DNA of 64,000 nt from Mytilus trossulus (lineage: Eukaryota): positions 74,152,001 through 74,216,000 of the forward strand of contig NC_086380.1 in assembly GCF_036588685.1 (NCBI RefSeq), written 5' to 3'. The translations under genes and the position numbers were made by a program. This document shows positions 62,074 through 64,000 of this stretch, one piece after another (position 1 is the first letter of the stretch; each line of letters begins with the position of its first letter). A model generated the notes under the pieces. It did no database searches. It was not told the DNA's origin and saw nothing but the letters and a program-made list of their open reading frames with translations.

Positions 62074-64000
62074 TATAAATTTTGAATCAGATAATACACA
62101 TTACTATTAATTTGCATATTTATTAAGATTAAGGTCTTTTGCTGGGCATATTGTTTTTTTTTCTTCAGATTTTCTGAATCTTCTGGTTTTTAATCATTCG
62201 AGATTAAAACATAAATTATGTTTCCACTATTAGCATCCAGTTTTCTATTGCGTGCAGAATAATTAGTCATTTGTTTTAATCTTTAAAAGAAATGTTGTTA
62301 TTTCTTTTAATAAAATTTCTTTATTGATAAAATTTAAAAATTCCAAGAGGGAACGCTTTTCCGACCATATTGTAATGGGTTATAGTCCTTAGAAATAAGC
62401 TCATAGTTCTGTAGTTTTGTTTCATTCTATATAATCCTTTAATACCGGTAATCTACTTTCAATAATAATTTATTAGCTATATAAGTATAATTTAGGCTTG
62501 TTTTTTTTGTATTTCAGAGTGGCTTCATATATCCTTAATTAAAAATTCATATTTTGACATATTTGAGAGCATCTAAACTTTATCATTGAAATTTTCTAGT
62601 TAATCTACTTATTTTTTAGTAAATAATATTTGTTAAAGAACATATGCCTCTAAAACAGTTTATACCTAATTATAAATAAAAGTATTGATTTATGAATTTT
62701 ATATTTTTGTCTTCTTTGTTTTATGTTTTTATTTTTACTTAATATTACCAAACAGAAAAAAAATTCATTCTCTCAGATGTAATTCTATTAATTTTTTTAC
62801 AAACATTTGAAATTTAGTAAGAATAATCAGGCATCCAAAACTAGCAAATCTAATTGGGACAAACACATAGATGAATCAACAAAAGAGCCAAGCACATGTT
62901 TAAAGAATTGTAATGATACTTAATGTAAACAAACTTCTAAAAGCTAATTAGTAGCAAATGTCAAAATAATAGGATCAAAAGCATCCATACCCTTAAATAA
63001 GCTACTTTCAAGATTAACTTCTTATCTTAAACTACTACTACACACTCATTGACATAAAATTACTGATAAATTTGTCAGCCTCTAATTAAGTCGTCACATA
63101 TTACATGAATAATATTTCAGAATTTCAATTAGATTGTTGCAAATATATATGATTAATTCAAATTCCATCTGAATAAAACACATTAATTTCAGATACAGTT
63201 TTGTCATCTTTTAACACCCCCTTTTTTATTCTTTTATATGAACTGATCATGTTTCATTGTATGATGTGGTATCTAGCAGCATGGGGTTAATTTAAATGAC
63301 ATGTTAATTTGTAGTTATGCAGTTTACTGATAAAAAATCCTGATAAGGTGCCAGGATTGACTAGATTATTTGTTAGAAGTGCTTTGTTGATAAATAAAGA
63401 TCATCTGTTTCAACCCTGGTTTAACCATAAAACATGGAAAAAATTTGAAATGCGTGATATATTAATGCTATCTAAATGCAATTTGGGACCTTGGTATTTA
63501 TAAGAATTGAAATTTCTTGCCCTCATCATATATTATGAAGCTTTAACTTTTTTTTAAATCTTGGGTTGGAGACAAACTGGAAGTTATCAGTTTTTAAATA
63601 ATTTACAAACAGATAATTTATTTCCATTTTAGTTATTTTTATGTTAACCATCATCTAGCAAGTGACACAGTCTACATTGTTTGTTGTTTTGTCCATTCAT
63701 TTTATTAGCTTGTTTATTTTTATATTGACCTCAAAATATTATGTCATGTCAGATATGAACAACTTTAATGAACTTAGTTACCTTAAAAAAAATCATGCAT
63801 ATTTTTTCCAAAACTTGAGACATTCTATTTCAAGGCCTCATGATAAAGTTAATTAGCTATTTACAATGTTAATAGTTTAGTCCATTAGGAATGATGTATT
63901 AACATCTGCTAGGTTTACAACACTGAAAAGCTGTTTGAGGACCAAAATCCCCAAATTGTTTTCTCCATACACATGATACAGCTAAGGTAATCAGTGCCCT

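Overview
AT-rich animal genomic DNA; the repeat content suggests a bivalve mollusc (Mytilus-like), which is an inference. Two spliced host genes are on the + strand. The first is a 5-exon, ~384-aa opsin-like GPCR (about 22.3/24.7-30.5 kb) that keeps the retinal-binding Lys but has lost the usual GPCR switch motifs; its promoter and first exon appear triplicated. The second is the first seven coding exons of a CHK2-like FHA kinase (38.4-48.0 kb). The next CHK2 intron holds a large DNA-transposon-like element starting at TAGTCCAGGC (48655). It carries an array of ATTAC-N8-GTAAT dyads and encodes an intact ~1,100-aa protein: a RAG1-N-terminal-like (CND/Chapa) zinc domain fused to an Academ-like D/D/GxxH/ExxN core. 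The rest is repeats: a truncated Penelope-like RT, seven hammerhead-ribozyme (retrozyme-like) copies, several MITEs, LINE/SINE remnants, local duplications, and a covarying RNA motif shared by three repeat families. All calls come from reading the sequence by eye; no database searches were run.
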